From the NCBI GenBank assembly GCA_963782525.1, contig CAWAKC010000012.1, positions 1 through 64,000 of the forward strand: a stretch of DNA of 64,000 nt, read 5' to 3'. The notes below the pieces were generated by a model, which was not told the DNA's origin, ran no database searches, and was given only the letters and a program-made list of their open reading frames with translations. Below, in pieces: positions 52,275 through 63,704 of the stretch (position 1 is its first letter; each line of letters opens with the position of its first letter). This DNA comes from Candidatus Bathyarchaeota archaeon (lineage in GTDB: Archaea; Thermoproteota; Bathyarchaeia; Bathyarchaeales; Bathycorpusculaceae). The position numbers and the translations under genes are program-made.

Positions 52275-52514
52275 TTATTTGATTATTTCGCCGAACGCTA
52301 TTTTTTTTCCGACTTGATTGATTTTTATTTTTACACGTTCTCTTGGCTTAGCTTTTGGAACCTGAATGACATAGCCTTGAATTTTGGACATGCCATCGCC
52401 GTTTGGACATATGTCGATGATGTTTACTTCTAATTCGTCTCCTACATCAACGGGGGCTTTTTTCTCAGCGTGATTAATTTTGTATTTGCCGCCACGTACT
52501 CTTCTATGGACCAA
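52275..52514 (-). CDS. single TRAM-domain protein
   Basis: APV.VG.E..V.I..GDG...I.GYVI.VP.A...E.V..KI. Confidence 0.85.
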   Translation of the reverse strand: MVHRRVRGGKYKINHAEKKAPVDVGDELEVNIIDICPNGDGMSKIQGYVIQVPKAKPRERVKIKINQVGKKIAFGEIIK

Positions 52515-52956
52515 TCCAAAACCTCGTTTTATTTTACTTTTAAATGGAGACTTGAGCGCTTAAGTCTTCCGCAGGTTGTGGTAAATTAAATTGTTTTTTC
52601 AAGGTTTTATGAATCTTTGTTTTCAAAACAAGACATTAAACGCAAAAAGAGGCATAACTCCTATATGTCAGGTGCAAGTTTGAATAGCACAGATCGATAT
52701 GAACCCAGAAAATTATAAGTCGATAAGAAACAAGCCAAAACGCAACAGCGCCATTAGCAAATCCAAAATCCGAATGCTTGCAAAAGTAAAGTTGACCTCC
52801 ACGTCTACTCCAAAACTACGTTCAATCTACAACACAAAAACTGAATGGGCAATAAAGACAATGCCTAAACTAAAAGAATAGAAAATTGGCATTTTAGACT
52901 ATTATTCTAAAATTTAGAACAGTATTTTTCACTATTTTCAAAACATTGAGTTTACA

Positions 52957-53961
52957 TTAGGTTGGCAGGGGTATTGGCTGGTCAAGGTGGAATACTTCCT
53001 TCAGCAGCGGCTCTAGTGAGTAGCGCGCTAGCAAATTCTCGTTGTAATTGGTTAATATTTGGTGGTCACCGTTTGGAATTTTAATGAAGTAGGTTTCAAC
53101 ACCTGCTGTCCGAAGCTTTGCCACGAAGGACTCGGCAACTTGTATGGGAACTACCATGTCGCTGGTCCCATGTATTATGCAGAAAATGGGGTCATCCGAC
53201 GAGATGTAAGTTGCGGGCGAAGCCTCAATCCAAAGATCAGCGTTCGTTCTGTAACTAACGTTGCCCAAGGCAGCGGTTGTAATATTATAGATGAGGGATT
53301 TGGATTGGTATTTTCCGATATACTCTAAATCTGTAGCGCCCGAGTAATCGACAACTAAACGGACTTGACTTTTTATTTTTGCGTCTCCACTTGAGCTTAT
53401 AATGAAGGATTCATTTCCTGAAAGGGTACCTTCCAACGAGGCAAGTTGAGCCCCTGCACTATAGCCTAGAACTGCCAGCCGATCAGGGTCAATATTCCAA
53501 AAATTAGCGTTCTCTTTGATGAAACGAACTGATTCAACCAAATCCTGGATGTTATCTGGCCAGGCAGTTTTGTTCGGTGTTGAAAGTGTATAATCGATTG
53601 CGAAGCCAGCTATGCCTCGTTGAGCGTAGAAAGTCGCTGTGTAGTTGTAGTCACTTCGGCTACCTCTGACCCACCCACCCCCATGGACATATATGATTGC
53701 AGGGAAAGGTCCCTTGCCTACCGGAAGATAAACATCCATAACACGATATGGGCTGGAATCATTCGAGTATGAAACACCAGTCTGTACGGTGCAGTTTGTG
53801 ATTTCCGGAAGCAAGTTTGCGACGTTTTCATTAGTTGAAGGGGAGTTTACTCGTTGATTGGCTAAAAACGCAAGTAGGGAAAGCATAATAACTGCTAGAA
53901 GGACCAAAGCCGATACGACAAATTTGGTCTTCACTACTTGTTTTCTCCTTGAACCGAACAC
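52957..53961 (-). CDS. membrane-anchored alpha/beta hydrolase (esterase)
   Basis: HGGGW, GYSAG, HGTSD.VVP, GDH; N-terminal TM. Confidence 0.9.
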   Translation of the reverse strand: MFGSRRKQVVKTKFVVSALVLLAVIMLSLLAFLANQRVNSPSTNENVANLLPEITNCTVQTGVSYSNDSSPYRVMDVYLPVGKGPFPAIIYVHGGGWVRGSRSDYNYTATFYAQRGIAGFAIDYTLSTPNKTAWPDNIQDLVESVRFIKENANFWNIDPDRLAVLGYSAGAQLASLEGTLSGNESFIISSSGDAKIKSQVRLVVDYSGATDLEYIGKYQSKSLIYNITTAALGNVSYRTNADLWIEASPATYISSDDPIFCIIHGTSDMVVPIQVAESFVAKLRTAGVETYFIKIPNGDHQILTNYNENLLARYSLEPLLKEVFHLDQPIPLPT

Positions 53962-53979
53962 TGCGTCCCTAACCTATAT

Positions 53980-55143
53980 TCAATCCTTCAAACTTAATTG
54001 CTTTACCCAAAACCCTTCATCTGGCATAGCAACTGCAGGAACCTGTGCAGGCGCCCCAGTTTTATGATATTTTTTCCACGCGATAAATACAAGCGGCAAC
54101 CCAAAAAGCAAAACAACAACTCGTACAGCTTGATAAGCATAGAATTCTATGCCTCCATCCAAAAAGAAACTATCCGACGCCCCAAAAATATAGGTCAGTA
54201 TTAGGTAACTGATGAAGGGCTCTAATAGATAGATGAAGGCGCTTCTAGTTGCGATTTGTTTTGCGAAACCGTTTTTTGGCACCTTTATTTTTCTTAGGAA
54301 CAGCAAAGCCAGCAAGACTAAACCTAAAGTTAGAACGATGCTTCTAAAGTTAAAGTAGAGTTGTGACTCGAAGCCTGCAACAACGTTAGCGTAAGTGAAT
54401 AACCCTGAAAAATCAAATGAAAAAAAGATGACCAGCGGAATTACCAGCGCAGCCATCTTGAAATTCATGATGCGGTCGTAAATTTTGAATTTACTTACAT
54501 AAAAGCCAAATATGAACACTAAGAAAAACTGGCTAAACAGTTGACCCGGCCGAAAAGGCGAATCGTAGACCCAGAGCGTAATGGTGCTAAGCCACATCAG
54601 TGAAACTGCGAACACCTGAATTTTTAAGCTCTTGAAACATTTTTCTGTTAAACAAATAATCAGCATAAATGCTAAAAGATACGGAATAAACCACAGCGAT
54701 GACCAATTATAGATTGAATTTAGACGGTCAAAAATATTCAGCATCGAAAGCTGGGATCCAAGTTTAATTAGGTCAAAACTTTTTTGGGCCAGAATATTTT
54801 GAAACATAAAATAGAAGATGGTGGCTCCCATAAACGGAATGTATAATTTCTTGGCTTTGGTCTTAAAAAACTGTTGAAGGCTGTTTTCTCGAACGTGAAA
54901 TGAATCGTATACTAGGAACCCACTTATGAAGAAGAAAGCACTCAACAAGAACCATTGAACAGGATAAACGACCCCCGGATAAGCGAAGATGAGGTCACTA
55001 TGAACGAAAAGCAGCAGAATCAGCGCAAAAATTTTCAGGTAGTTGAATTCAGATACTAAACGTGAACGCGGCGAGTCATGAATCGTGTGATTATTCTTTA
55101 AAGATATCCCCCTCGTCAAAGATAGGTAATTTCTCAAAAGCAA
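53980..55143 (-). CDS. acyltransferase family 3-like membrane protein
   Basis: YLKIFALILLLFVH, FFFISG, LWFIP; multi-TM. Confidence 0.75.
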   Translation of the reverse strand: MLLRNYLSLTRGISLKNNHTIHDSPRSRLVSEFNYLKIFALILLLFVHSDLIFAYPGVVYPVQWFLLSAFFFISGFLVYDSFHVRENSLQQFFKTKAKKLYIPFMGATIFYFMFQNILAQKSFDLIKLGSQLSMLNIFDRLNSIYNWSSLWFIPYLLAFMLIICLTEKCFKSLKIQVFAVSLMWLSTITLWVYDSPFRPGQLFSQFFLVFIFGFYVSKFKIYDRIMNFKMAALVIPLVIFFSFDFSGLFTYANVVAGFESQLYFNFRSIVLTLGLVLLALLFLRKIKVPKNGFAKQIATRSAFIYLLEPFISYLILTYIFGASDSFFLDGGIEFYAYQAVRVVVLLFGLPLVFIAWKKYHKTGAPAQVPAVAMPDEGFWVKQLSLKD

Positions 55144-55381
55144 CCATAATGTGCATAATTAGCGTTGCGGTTTGGAAAAAAACAAACCTAAGGGGGCAAT
55201 AACTCGTAAATCAAGCGAGAGAGCATCCATAGCGATAATGGAACACGCTTGACCCGTTTGGAAGGTGATTAAAACAAGGATGCTTTTGAGCCAGCAATTT
55301 AACCCTTCAGCTCAAACTATGCTGCAAAATAGGAACCTTTTATAATCGATAATTCTCTTCATCAAAGGAAAGTGAAATTGT

Positions 55382-55615
55382 ATGACTGAATCTGTCCAAA
55401 AAAGAGTTCAAGCAGCACTCGACGAGATCAGGCCTCAAATCCAACTTGACGGCGGAGACGTAGAGCTTGTTACAGTTGAAAAATCGACTGTGAAAGTTCG
55501 ATTAGTTGGACACTGTGCAGGCTGTCCCATGTCGGCTATGACGCTTAAAAACGGTGTCGAAGCCCTCATCAAAGAACGCGTGCCAGAGATACAGAAGGTT
55601 GAAGCGGTAACATAA
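55382..55615 (+). CDS. NifU C-terminal/NfuA-like Fe-S carrier
   Basis: IRPQIQLDGGDVEL..GHCAGCPMS.MTLK.GVE. Confidence 0.92.
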   Translation: MTESVQKRVQAALDEIRPQIQLDGGDVELVTVEKSTVKVRLVGHCAGCPMSAMTLKNGVEALIKERVPEIQKVEAVT

Positions 55616-55932
55616 GTTAAGCTTCGCAATCTTCATCTACCTATTTTCTTATTCCTTTAAAAATAAATATCTTTGGATTTTGCTTTTTTAATAATTATTT
55701 GTTCTGTAATAAAACCGAATATCATATTTATTGTTCTGGAAGAAAACAATTATGGAAGGCTCGGGAATTTTTGAGAAATGTAACACTTACGCTCAGCGCT
55801 TCCAAACCAACCATGGGGAAAACCTATAAAGAAAATCGCTGAATGGACAAATAAAATTAATTCCTGATATAAGCAAGCGCAAAAATTTTTTATTTTTTTC
55901 TTACTATCGTTTTCATAGACCGAGGCTGTTGA

Positions 55933-56259
55933 TTACCTGGCCAGATTTGGCATCGATGACCAAACGATTTTGTTACCTTTATGGTCGTACTTCGCGAACC
56001 AGACCGGAGCATGAAGCGACTCAACGTCGCCAACATCTGAGTCAGTGTGCAACGATTGAATCATAGGGAACTTTTCAGGAGCCTTTTGTGACTGAAGCTG
56101 TTCAACCAAGGTTTTCGCTTGTGATTTGGCTACTTCTTCGCTGATGTCCCCGTTAAGAATCCGAACGTCCTTTGGCAGCTTAGAAATGTCAAAGAGCTCT
56201 CTGCCCTCCAGGTTGAATTGGCACTCACGGCTACTTCTCTCTATCATTAGCACCCTCAA
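55933..56259 (-). pseudogene. fragment of a hypothetical protein
   Basis: Appears truncated; LHAPVWF..Y pattern. Confidence 0.4.
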
Positions 56260-56324
56260 CTGACATTTTACTGTATATTTTCCTGGATCTGGTTACAAGC
56301 GAGTATTACCCTGTTTCAGATCAA

Positions 56325-56845
56325 GTGTTTGAAAGGCTTGAAGCATTCAATCAGAAGGCTTTGAGGCTTTTTAGGGAAAGATCAAGACAAACTTATGGTG
56401 ACTTTGGGCTGCAATTAATTGAGGTTAGAGAAAGGCTTGTCGCGCTTAGACAGAGGTTAAGTCCGTTCCGCGAGATTATGGGAAGAATCACAAGAGGAGA
56501 ATTTGCCTTGGTGCAGGGAGTTAACCTTCCCCATTTCGGAGACCTCTACGACCGAACAATCCAACTTGTCGAGTTGTTGACGCTCACAGAGAAGACACGA
56601 GCAACATCAGAGACATCTTAGCCAACGTTCAAACAATAAACACAAACAACATAATCAGGGTTCTCACGATAATTTCAGCTATTTTCCTACCGTTAACTTT
56701 GATTGCTGGAATTTATGGCACAAACTTCACCTCAGGAGCTATTCCAGAAACAGGAAACCCTTACGGCTTCTATATAATGCTGGGAATAATGGCTACGATA
56801 GCTTCTATTCTTGCATTGATTTTCAAGCTGAGAAGATGGATCTAA
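56325..56845 (+). pseudogene. CorA Mg2+ transporter C-terminal fragment, frameshifted
   Basis: F.DLYD, N.IIRVLTIISAIFLPLTLIAGIYGTNF, F..RRWI. Confidence 0.75.
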
Positions 56846-56929
56846 ATCGGGTCAATGGATTTGAATTGGACCTGAGAAGCTGCAATTTTATAAAATGACG
56901 GCAGTCTAATAAGGACAATAAACCAATCA

Positions 56930-58369
56930 TTGGTTAGGGAACCACGTTTGAAAGTCATGTTCATCGAGCCGCCTAAAGACATATGGTTCGTCATGGGCGA
57001 ATACCTGCCCCCGCCCTATGGCATCATCCAACTCGCCGCCTACCTGGAAAGAGAAAACAAAAACGTCCAACTGGAGATTCTAGATTGCAATGCGGAGAAA
57101 GTTGATTGGAAGAAGATGGAGGAGCGCATTGCCGCTTCGAACCCAGATGTGGTGGCTTGTGCTTCTCTTGCGACCTGCAACACTTATGCTGTCGCAAAAA
57201 CTCTTCAAACCGCTAAACGCATGGCGCCAAAAGCCCTCACTGTTACAGGCGGACAACATTTCACCGCAACCGCCCAAGACAGCCTTCAACTTTACCCAGA
57301 AATCGACGTCATCATCCGTAATGAGGGTGAACAAACTTTAACTGAATTAGTTAAAGCACACCAGCAAGGAATAGGTTTCCAAAACATTACTGGCATCTCC
57401 TTTAGAAGCGGCGGAAAAATCGAAAATATCCCTTCGAGACCGTTGATTGCAAACCTGGAGGATTTGCCGTTTCCTGGCTACCACCTCGTCAAAGATAACA
57501 TGCCCAAATACCATTTCTCCGCCATGTCCGGCAAAAGAGCACCGTACGCATTCATTGAGGGAGCACGCGGCTGTAACCATCAATGCACCTTCTGCACTCA
57601 GTGGCGCCACTGGCAAGCCTGCTGGCGACTCAAACCTGCGAAGCGTATCGCTGACGAAATGGCTTATTGCAGTCGGGAGTTTGGAAGTGAAATGATCTGG
57701 TTGACCGACGATAACTTTGGGACTGGACAACGTCCCATGGAAATCGCTGAAGAAATCATCAGCAAAAAGTTATCGGATGTGTCGTGGTTTGTTCAGGCTC
57801 GATGTGACGACATAATCCGCAATAAAGACATTCTTCCACGGTTGGCTAAGTCAGGGTTAAGTTGGGTGCTGCTTGGAGTGGAAAATTCGAGTCCTACCAC
57901 GCTGGACTACTTCAAAAAAGGGATTACGCCTAATGACGCAAAGAGGGCGGTTCGGCTGCTGCGTGACAACGGCATCTTCTCGCATGCCATGGTTATCATT
58001 GGTAACCGCAAAGAAACGCACCAATCCATTCTTCAACTGCGAGAGTTCGCCAACGACTTAGACCCCGACTTCATAATGTTCGGTATCCTAACGCCTTTTC
58101 CCGGTACAGAAGTTTACGCTGAGGCAGAACGTAACGGATGGATCGAAGACCGCAACTTGAACCACTACGACATGATTCATGCAATAATGCCGACCGAAAT
58201 GCTGTCCACACATCAGGTGCAGGAGGAGCTCTACGGCTGCTACCGCGACTTCTACGGCTCTTGGATCAGGCGATTCCGTGGGCTATTCTCAAGTAAACCC
58301 ATGAAACGGCGCACGTACTGGCACATGTTACAGTCGGGCGTAATGGGCAAAATCAAATCAATGTTTTAG
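56930..58369 (+). CDS. B12-binding radical SAM enzyme
   Basis: PPYG...LAAYL, GGQH.T, EGE, RGCNHQCTFC, TDDNF, LTPFPGT. Confidence 0.92.
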   Translation: MVREPRLKVMFIEPPKDIWFVMGEYLPPPYGIIQLAAYLERENKNVQLEILDCNAEKVDWKKMEERIAASNPDVVACASLATCNTYAVAKTLQTAKRMAPKALTVTGGQHFTATAQDSLQLYPEIDVIIRNEGEQTLTELVKAHQQGIGFQNITGISFRSGGKIENIPSRPLIANLEDLPFPGYHLVKDNMPKYHFSAMSGKRAPYAFIEGARGCNHQCTFCTQWRHWQACWRLKPAKRIADEMAYCSREFGSEMIWLTDDNFGTGQRPMEIAEEIISKKLSDVSWFVQARCDDIIRNKDILPRLAKSGLSWVLLGVENSSPTTLDYFKKGITPNDAKRAVRLLRDNGIFSHAMVIIGNRKETHQSILQLREFANDLDPDFIMFGILTPFPGTEVYAEAERNGWIEDRNLNHYDMIHAIMPTEMLSTHQVQEELYGCYRDFYGSWIRRFRGLFSSKPMKRRTYWHMLQSGVMGKIKSMF

Positions 58370-58378
58370 GCGAAAACT

Positions 58379-59071
58379 TTGCCGAAATCTGAACCTTCCA
58401 AGTTTTTCGTGTTGTTTTTGGTGGCTGTGGCAGTTTTTGGGTTGGCGCTTATCCCGCTTCTTTTGCTTTCGCCTAACCTGCAAACAGACCAAACACCTCT
58501 TCGACGTCCACTCGTAAGCGCAATTTACAGTATCGTCTGCATAATGGGCATAGTTGCGGTGTTTTATCCGGGCAAGTGCCGCATGATGTTCAAAAAACCC
58601 AATGTGCCCCCCGACTCTTCGAAACCATCTTCTTCAACTAAGCAGTTTAAAGGGCACCATCCAGACTGCGAATACTTCTCGGGTAATCGGATCACAATGA
58701 GGGGCTCGGTTTTTTGCGCTGCATGTAGTGGCTTGTTGATGGGGGCAATCGCCGCAATGGTGGGGGTAGTTTTGTTTTCTTTAGGTTTTTTTAGTTTGAG
58801 AATTGGAAACTTTTGGGTTCTGGCGGCTGGTGAAGTTTTGATGCTTGTTGGATTGGCTCAGTTAAAGATGGGAGGTTACGTCAAAATGGCGATGAACGCT
58901 CTGTTTGTTATCGGTTCATTCATTGCTTTGGTTGGAGCGGATTTGGTGGGGCAGAGCTTGCTCGTTGATGTGTACGTTCTTGGATTAATCGTTTTTATGT
59001 TGTGGTTTAGGATTTTGCTCTCAGAATGGAACAATAAACGAACCTGTTTGGCGTGCGGACGTTGCAGTTAG
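58379..59071 (+). CDS. membrane protein with Cys/His motifs
   Basis: Multi-TM; GHHPDC, FCAAC, C-terminal CLAC. Confidence 0.7.
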   Translation: MPKSEPSKFFVLFLVAVAVFGLALIPLLLLSPNLQTDQTPLRRPLVSAIYSIVCIMGIVAVFYPGKCRMMFKKPNVPPDSSKPSSSTKQFKGHHPDCEYFSGNRITMRGSVFCAACSGLLMGAIAAMVGVVLFSLGFFSLRIGNFWVLAAGEVLMLVGLAQLKMGGYVKMAMNALFVIGSFIALVGADLVGQSLLVDVYVLGLIVFMLWFRILLSEWNNKRTCLACGRCS

Positions 59072-59418
59072 GATGGTGGGTTAGGAGGGACGCCATATCG
59101 TCTGCGTCTTCCAAAAAGTGCGCCTAACACGATGAGCACGCCGAAGATGATTATTATGAATGGCCACAAATCTATCGTTATGCCGTAGGTAGCTTGCAAG
59201 AACAAGCCTAACCCGACAAGGACTATGATGACGCCAATTATGATGCCAACAATCATCCCACCGTTGGGCAAACCAAAGCATTCGTTTTCCATGCGTCGGT
59301 AGTGTTCTCGGTCGCTCCCAGGGTAGCGTTGACCGACTGTGTATAAGGGCGCGCCACAGTTAGTGCAATTGATGTTTGTGTCGGGGTTTTGGGTGCCACA
59401 TTTGCTACAGTAAACCAT
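59068..59418 (-). CDS. zinc-ribbon membrane protein
   Basis: YCSKCG..CTNCGA plus two TM helices. Confidence 0.8.
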   Translation of the reverse strand: MVYCSKCGTQNPDTNINCTNCGAPLYTVGQRYPGSDREHYRRMENECFGLPNGGMIVGIIIGVIIVLVGLGLFLQATYGITIDLWPFIIIIFGVLIVLGALFGRRRRYGVPPNPPS

Positions 59419-59885
59419 TAGAATTCCTCAAACAACAGTAAAACAGTATTTGGTTTTAAGATTTGCGGTAATAAAAAATTCGGGATGGTCAAATGCCCAG
59501 ATTGAGGGGCTTAAACTCCATTTGTCCAGCGAAGCAGCTTAAAAGACTCAGTTTATGGAAGTTTTTTGGGGTGTTGGGGTGTTAAATTTTTCATTTTGAT
59601 TGAAAGAGAAAGACAAGAATTTAATCATGAGGGCGTATGCGGAATTCAGATATTAAAAGTTCAAGCCAAGAAAGGATGAAACTTGAAATCAGTTTTCAGG
59701 TAACAAATCAAAATAACGGCGAGCACTATCGAGACCTCCAGTCTTCTCCAATTGACAAGGCATTATTTGACTGATTTATTTTCCTGAGAGTTAAATCGAA
59801 TATCGATCTTGCTAATACGCGGCTTTGAGAGCCTCAACCTCTCCGATATCTTGCATTTCCACATGGCAGTTGAAGTAAGTGTAGA

Positions 59886-60314
59886 TTATTCCTGGATTAT
59901 TTCATAAGAATTTGTGATTTCTGCCGTTTTCTTGAGCATTGCTCCGACTGAACAGTATTTGTCGTTTGACAATTGAAACGCTCGCTCCACAGCTTCTCTA
60001 CTCACGTTTTTCCATTTAACTACATATTTTATTTGGATTTTAGTGTAAACTTCGGGCGGTTCATCACGCCTCTCCCCTTTAACTTCAACCCAGTAACCGG
60101 AAATGCTCTGACGCCTCTTTCTTAGAATGTTATCAACATCAAAACTTGTACACCCAGCAAGGCAAGCCAAAAGAGTTTCCATAGGTGAAGGCGCTGTTTC
60201 GTCGCCCCATATTTCTTAGGCGCATCAAAGTTAACTGTGAGACCATTGAGGTTTTTGCTTCAAAACGAAAATTGCCTTTCCATTCAAGAGTCATTTTCTT
60301 TTTTCAGCAGACAT
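59886..60314 (-). pseudogene. OsmC/YhfA-family protein, frameshifted N-terminus
   Basis: EWKG..F.A, PSPME.LLA.LAGC, KYCSV. Confidence 0.8.
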
Positions 60315-60926
60315 AACTTCTATTTTGTTCTGGCAGAGAAAAACGTTACTACTTTGAAGCGAGCTTAGTGTCTTCTACGTTCCAAGCTTTGGTTTCTTCA
60401 GCTATGCAAAAATATTTGTGAACTGGCAATCAAAGAGGCATTCTAAAAAATTTGTTTAACAGTCTTTTGTCGGACATATTTCCAGTTTTGAAACTCCCTT
60501 TAATAGCAAGCATATGAAGTAGTACGATATATCAAAAGGTGGATAAATCATGAACGCATTCAGGAAAATAAGCCGCGGTCTTACTGTCCTTGCAATAGCT
60601 CCATTGTCTGGGCTTGAGAAGAAAGAGCGAGACAGAAGACTTGCAGAACGAATCAAACATTTAGAAGAAAAAAATCGGTTCGCTTAGATTCCGCGCTTGC
60701 CATAATGTTCTCTTCCAGCATTCAAACAGATTTTCAATTGTCTTTTAACAATTCCAAGAAAGAAAATAATGTAAGGGTGAGTAGTACATCCAAGCCTAAC
60801 TGACTGCTTATAGTATGCCTAAAGCGTAACTTGACTAAGCTGATTTGCATATTTAGAGAATATAGTTTCATTTTGCTAGCTTTTCTAAAAATTCAAATAT
60901 GCAAACATACTTTGGTCATTGGTGGA

Positions 60927-61181
60927 ATGATAGAAATGAAGAAATTATCAAAAGATGATTTCAAAAGATTGCTTAAACAATACAAAACGTTAAGCGTTGA
61001 GAAGTTGGAAATAGAAAATGAGATTCTTAAGGTGTATGAGTCTCTAATTGCTGACAGTTTTTTAAAAATAACTTCTGATAAACTAAAGACAATAGAATCT
61101 TTGAGGGAGAGATTGGATATCGTAAACCAAGAAATGAAGAAGACAGATAAGAAGATTTTAAAATTATTCAAAGATAACTAA
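60927..61181 (+). CDS. small coiled-coil protein, AT-rich
   Basis: K/E/L-rich heptads; start uncertain. Confidence 0.5.
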   Translation: MIEMKKLSKDDFKRLLKQYKTLSVEKLEIENEILKVYESLIADSFLKITSDKLKTIESLRERLDIVNQEMKKTDKKILKLFKDN

Positions 61182-61201
61182 TCTTATCTTTTTCTTTACC
61201 C

Positions 61202-62040
61202 TCAAAACATAGTTCTTATTATTAGTCGCTTGACTTTATTCCACATGCCGGTGAAATTAGCGTTTAGTTTGTCTAAGTCCTCAGGGTTTAATGTGTTGCT
61301 AAATTTGTTACATCTACCGGCGTCCAGCTTTTTGCCGAATTCAAGAGCTTCGTAAGCTACTGTTTGGATTTTGTCCCACCATTCGTCATAGCCCTCCAAG
61401 ATTATACCCAATAGTGACTCATGTTTTTCATCAGAGAGCTCAACGGTTGGTGTAAGGCCAAGCAAACCAGAGGTGTATTCATCAAAGATTACTAAGTCAG
61501 CGGTGCTAAGTTTTTGTAAAACTTCTTGTGAAACCTTGCTGAATTCTTTGCTTAGCATTAACGCTTTAAGCTTCTGATAAATCAACACCAGCACAACGAA
61601 GTCGTTACAGTTAAGAATCTTCTGAAGCGCACATGCAGGGTCATTGAAAAACTCGCATTTCTCACAATCCGATGGATGTAGTAGCCACTTCATTTTTTGT
61701 AATCTCTGGTTTTTACCGCATTCATCAACAAGTTTTTTGCAGACCTCAGTATTTTTTAAAAGTTGAAGTACCTTCGCGTTTTTGTTGTTTGAATGTTTTA
61801 CCGAGTAACAGTGTAGTCACCTATACGATACGTTAGCTCAACAATTACGACTTTCTTGCCAGCATTGACTGCCTGCTTAATCAAACTGGTTGTTGCACCT
61901 GCTCGGGTAACTTTTAAGACAGGCACTATGCCGTTGAGCTGTAGAACTTGTAAAGCTAAGCTGTCTTGCTTCTCAAAATTCGATGTTGAGGCTTCTAAGC
62001 TGACTTCAATCGGAGTTAGCGGTCTCATCATGCTTTTCAT
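61202..62040 (-). pseudogene. SF2 (DinG/XPD-like) helicase relic
   Basis: TRAGATTS Walker A-like, KKVVIVE.T, Cys cluster (C..CEKC..C), ADLVIFDE Walker B; internal stop and truncation. Confidence 0.55.
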
Positions 62041-62600
62041 CCTCCCAAGCGGGTAGGTTTTTCACCACTAACTTGCGGTTAACATCGGTTTGCTTAACAA
62101 AAATTACGGTTGCACCAATGCTGTCAAGGAAATCCTCGACTTGTTTGCGCCTCTAAGGGACGCTTCTAAAAACAATTGCAGTAATTTTTTCGTTCATTTT
62201 TTCACCAATCGGTCTTTCGGGAAGCTCCTAAATGAACACCCACACCAGAACTGTGTTTAATTAGTCAGCGTTTTTATGCCACTAAAATCAAGAAACCTAA
62301 AACGTAAAAACAGAGGGAGAATGAATAGTACTAATTTTGTATTTTAATTCTACTGCTTAGAAATGATACAGTTAACACGCGGCACTCGTTGCAATAAAAA
62401 CCGAAGTGGGTGAGGTGATAAACTTGACCCACAAAAAAGATTTTAAACGCTGGCTAACCAGCCTATTGATTACTTTGAAGATTGCGGAAATTCTGCTGAA
62501 CATAAGCCAAGCAAACAAAATTGGAGCAATCACCGCGATTTTTTCTTTGATATGTCTTTACGTTTCCACCAATGCAAAAAACACCGAAGAGCGGGAATAG

Positions 62601-63536
62601 CTAAAGAATATCAGCCATAGTGTTCAACATATTTATCATAAAGTCAGGCGACCTATTGTAAACACCCAACGGGATGCCCAAATCCACTATTTCTTTAAAC
62701 TTATCTCTTGGGAAAGGCGGCTGCAAAAAATAACGTTTGACCCTCAAAGCCCAACCGCCATTCTCTTTTAACAATTCATAGGTCTTTGGATGTATGATTC
62801 GTGCCACAAGAACAGGTCTAAGCCGCAAATAGCCACAAATGCTCAAAAGTGAGTTAACCTCAGCAAGCGAAGGATGCTGCATTTTGTTCTTAACTTGAAT
62901 ACCAACAAAAACATCTTTTTGAGGAACTTTTGCAATAAAATCTAAATCAGTCGGTCTGCCTGCTTTTGAACTTGGACGATATGAGCGCCCATTAAACGCA
63001 TACGCATCCTTCGCCACAACAACATAGGACGCTTGGATTAACGCTTGCTCAACAAGATATTCTGAGTAATCCATGTAAGTGATTCCGTCTTTTTCAAAGG
63101 ACCGAGGGTACTTCTTGTAAAAATGAGCTAACTCAGATTTTGTTTTTGCAATCGCTTCGAAATCTTCCCATTTTTCACCCTTGTTATAGAACCACCTGTT
63201 TTCAAACGCAACCGAGGTCTTAATCTTACCCTTTTTTAGTAGATTTAGCAATGCAAGGTAAGTATCCTTATGTAAACAATCTTCCTCAAGACAAACTTGG
63301 AGCTCTCTAAGATACGCAACCCGCTTAGGTATAAGAAGACCTAAAAGTTTCTGATTTAGACCCTGTTTTTTTCCACGAAGCTCAATGACTAAGCGGTTAA
63401 TCTCTTGCTCATCAATTCTCCACCAGCCTCGCTCATCTTTAACTGCCTTGATTTTACCTGAATATACCCATCTCTTAAGAGTAATGAAACTGATTCCAAT
63501 CCGCTTAGCTGCTTCTTGCGTTGAGTATTGAACCAT
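62601..63536 (-). CDS. excisionase-like HTH fused to a PD-(D/E)xK nuclease
   Basis: YSTQEAAKRIGIS..TL.RW..SGKI.A..GWWRI; C-terminal DLDFIA..GIQVK. Confidence 0.8.
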   Translation of the reverse strand: MVQYSTQEAAKRIGISFITLKRWVYSGKIKAVKDERGWWRIDEQEINRLVIELRGKKQGLNQKLLGLLIPKRVAYLRELQVCLEEDCLHKDTYLALLNLLKKGKIKTSVAFENRWFYNKGEKWEDFEAIAKTKSELAHFYKKYPRSFEKDGITYMDYSEYLVEQALIQASYVVVAKDAYAFNGRSYRPSSKAGRPTDLDFIAKVPQKDVFVGIQVKNKMQHPSLAEVNSLLSICGYLRLRPVLVARIIHPKTYELLKENGGWALRVKRYFLQPPFPRDKFKEIVDLGIPLGVYNRSPDFMINMLNTMADIL

Positions 63537-63704
63537 GCACTACCAAGTTAGTTTCTTACTTAAGTTGTATATAAAATACCCATAGAGCCCCTACTCCAAT
63601 AAACTTAAGATATGTTTTTGGCTCTATCAACGCATAATTTAGGCTACAGCAAAACTTTTAAGCCCAAAACTGCGCTTATATCTACCAACTGAGCCTAAAA
63701 CAAG

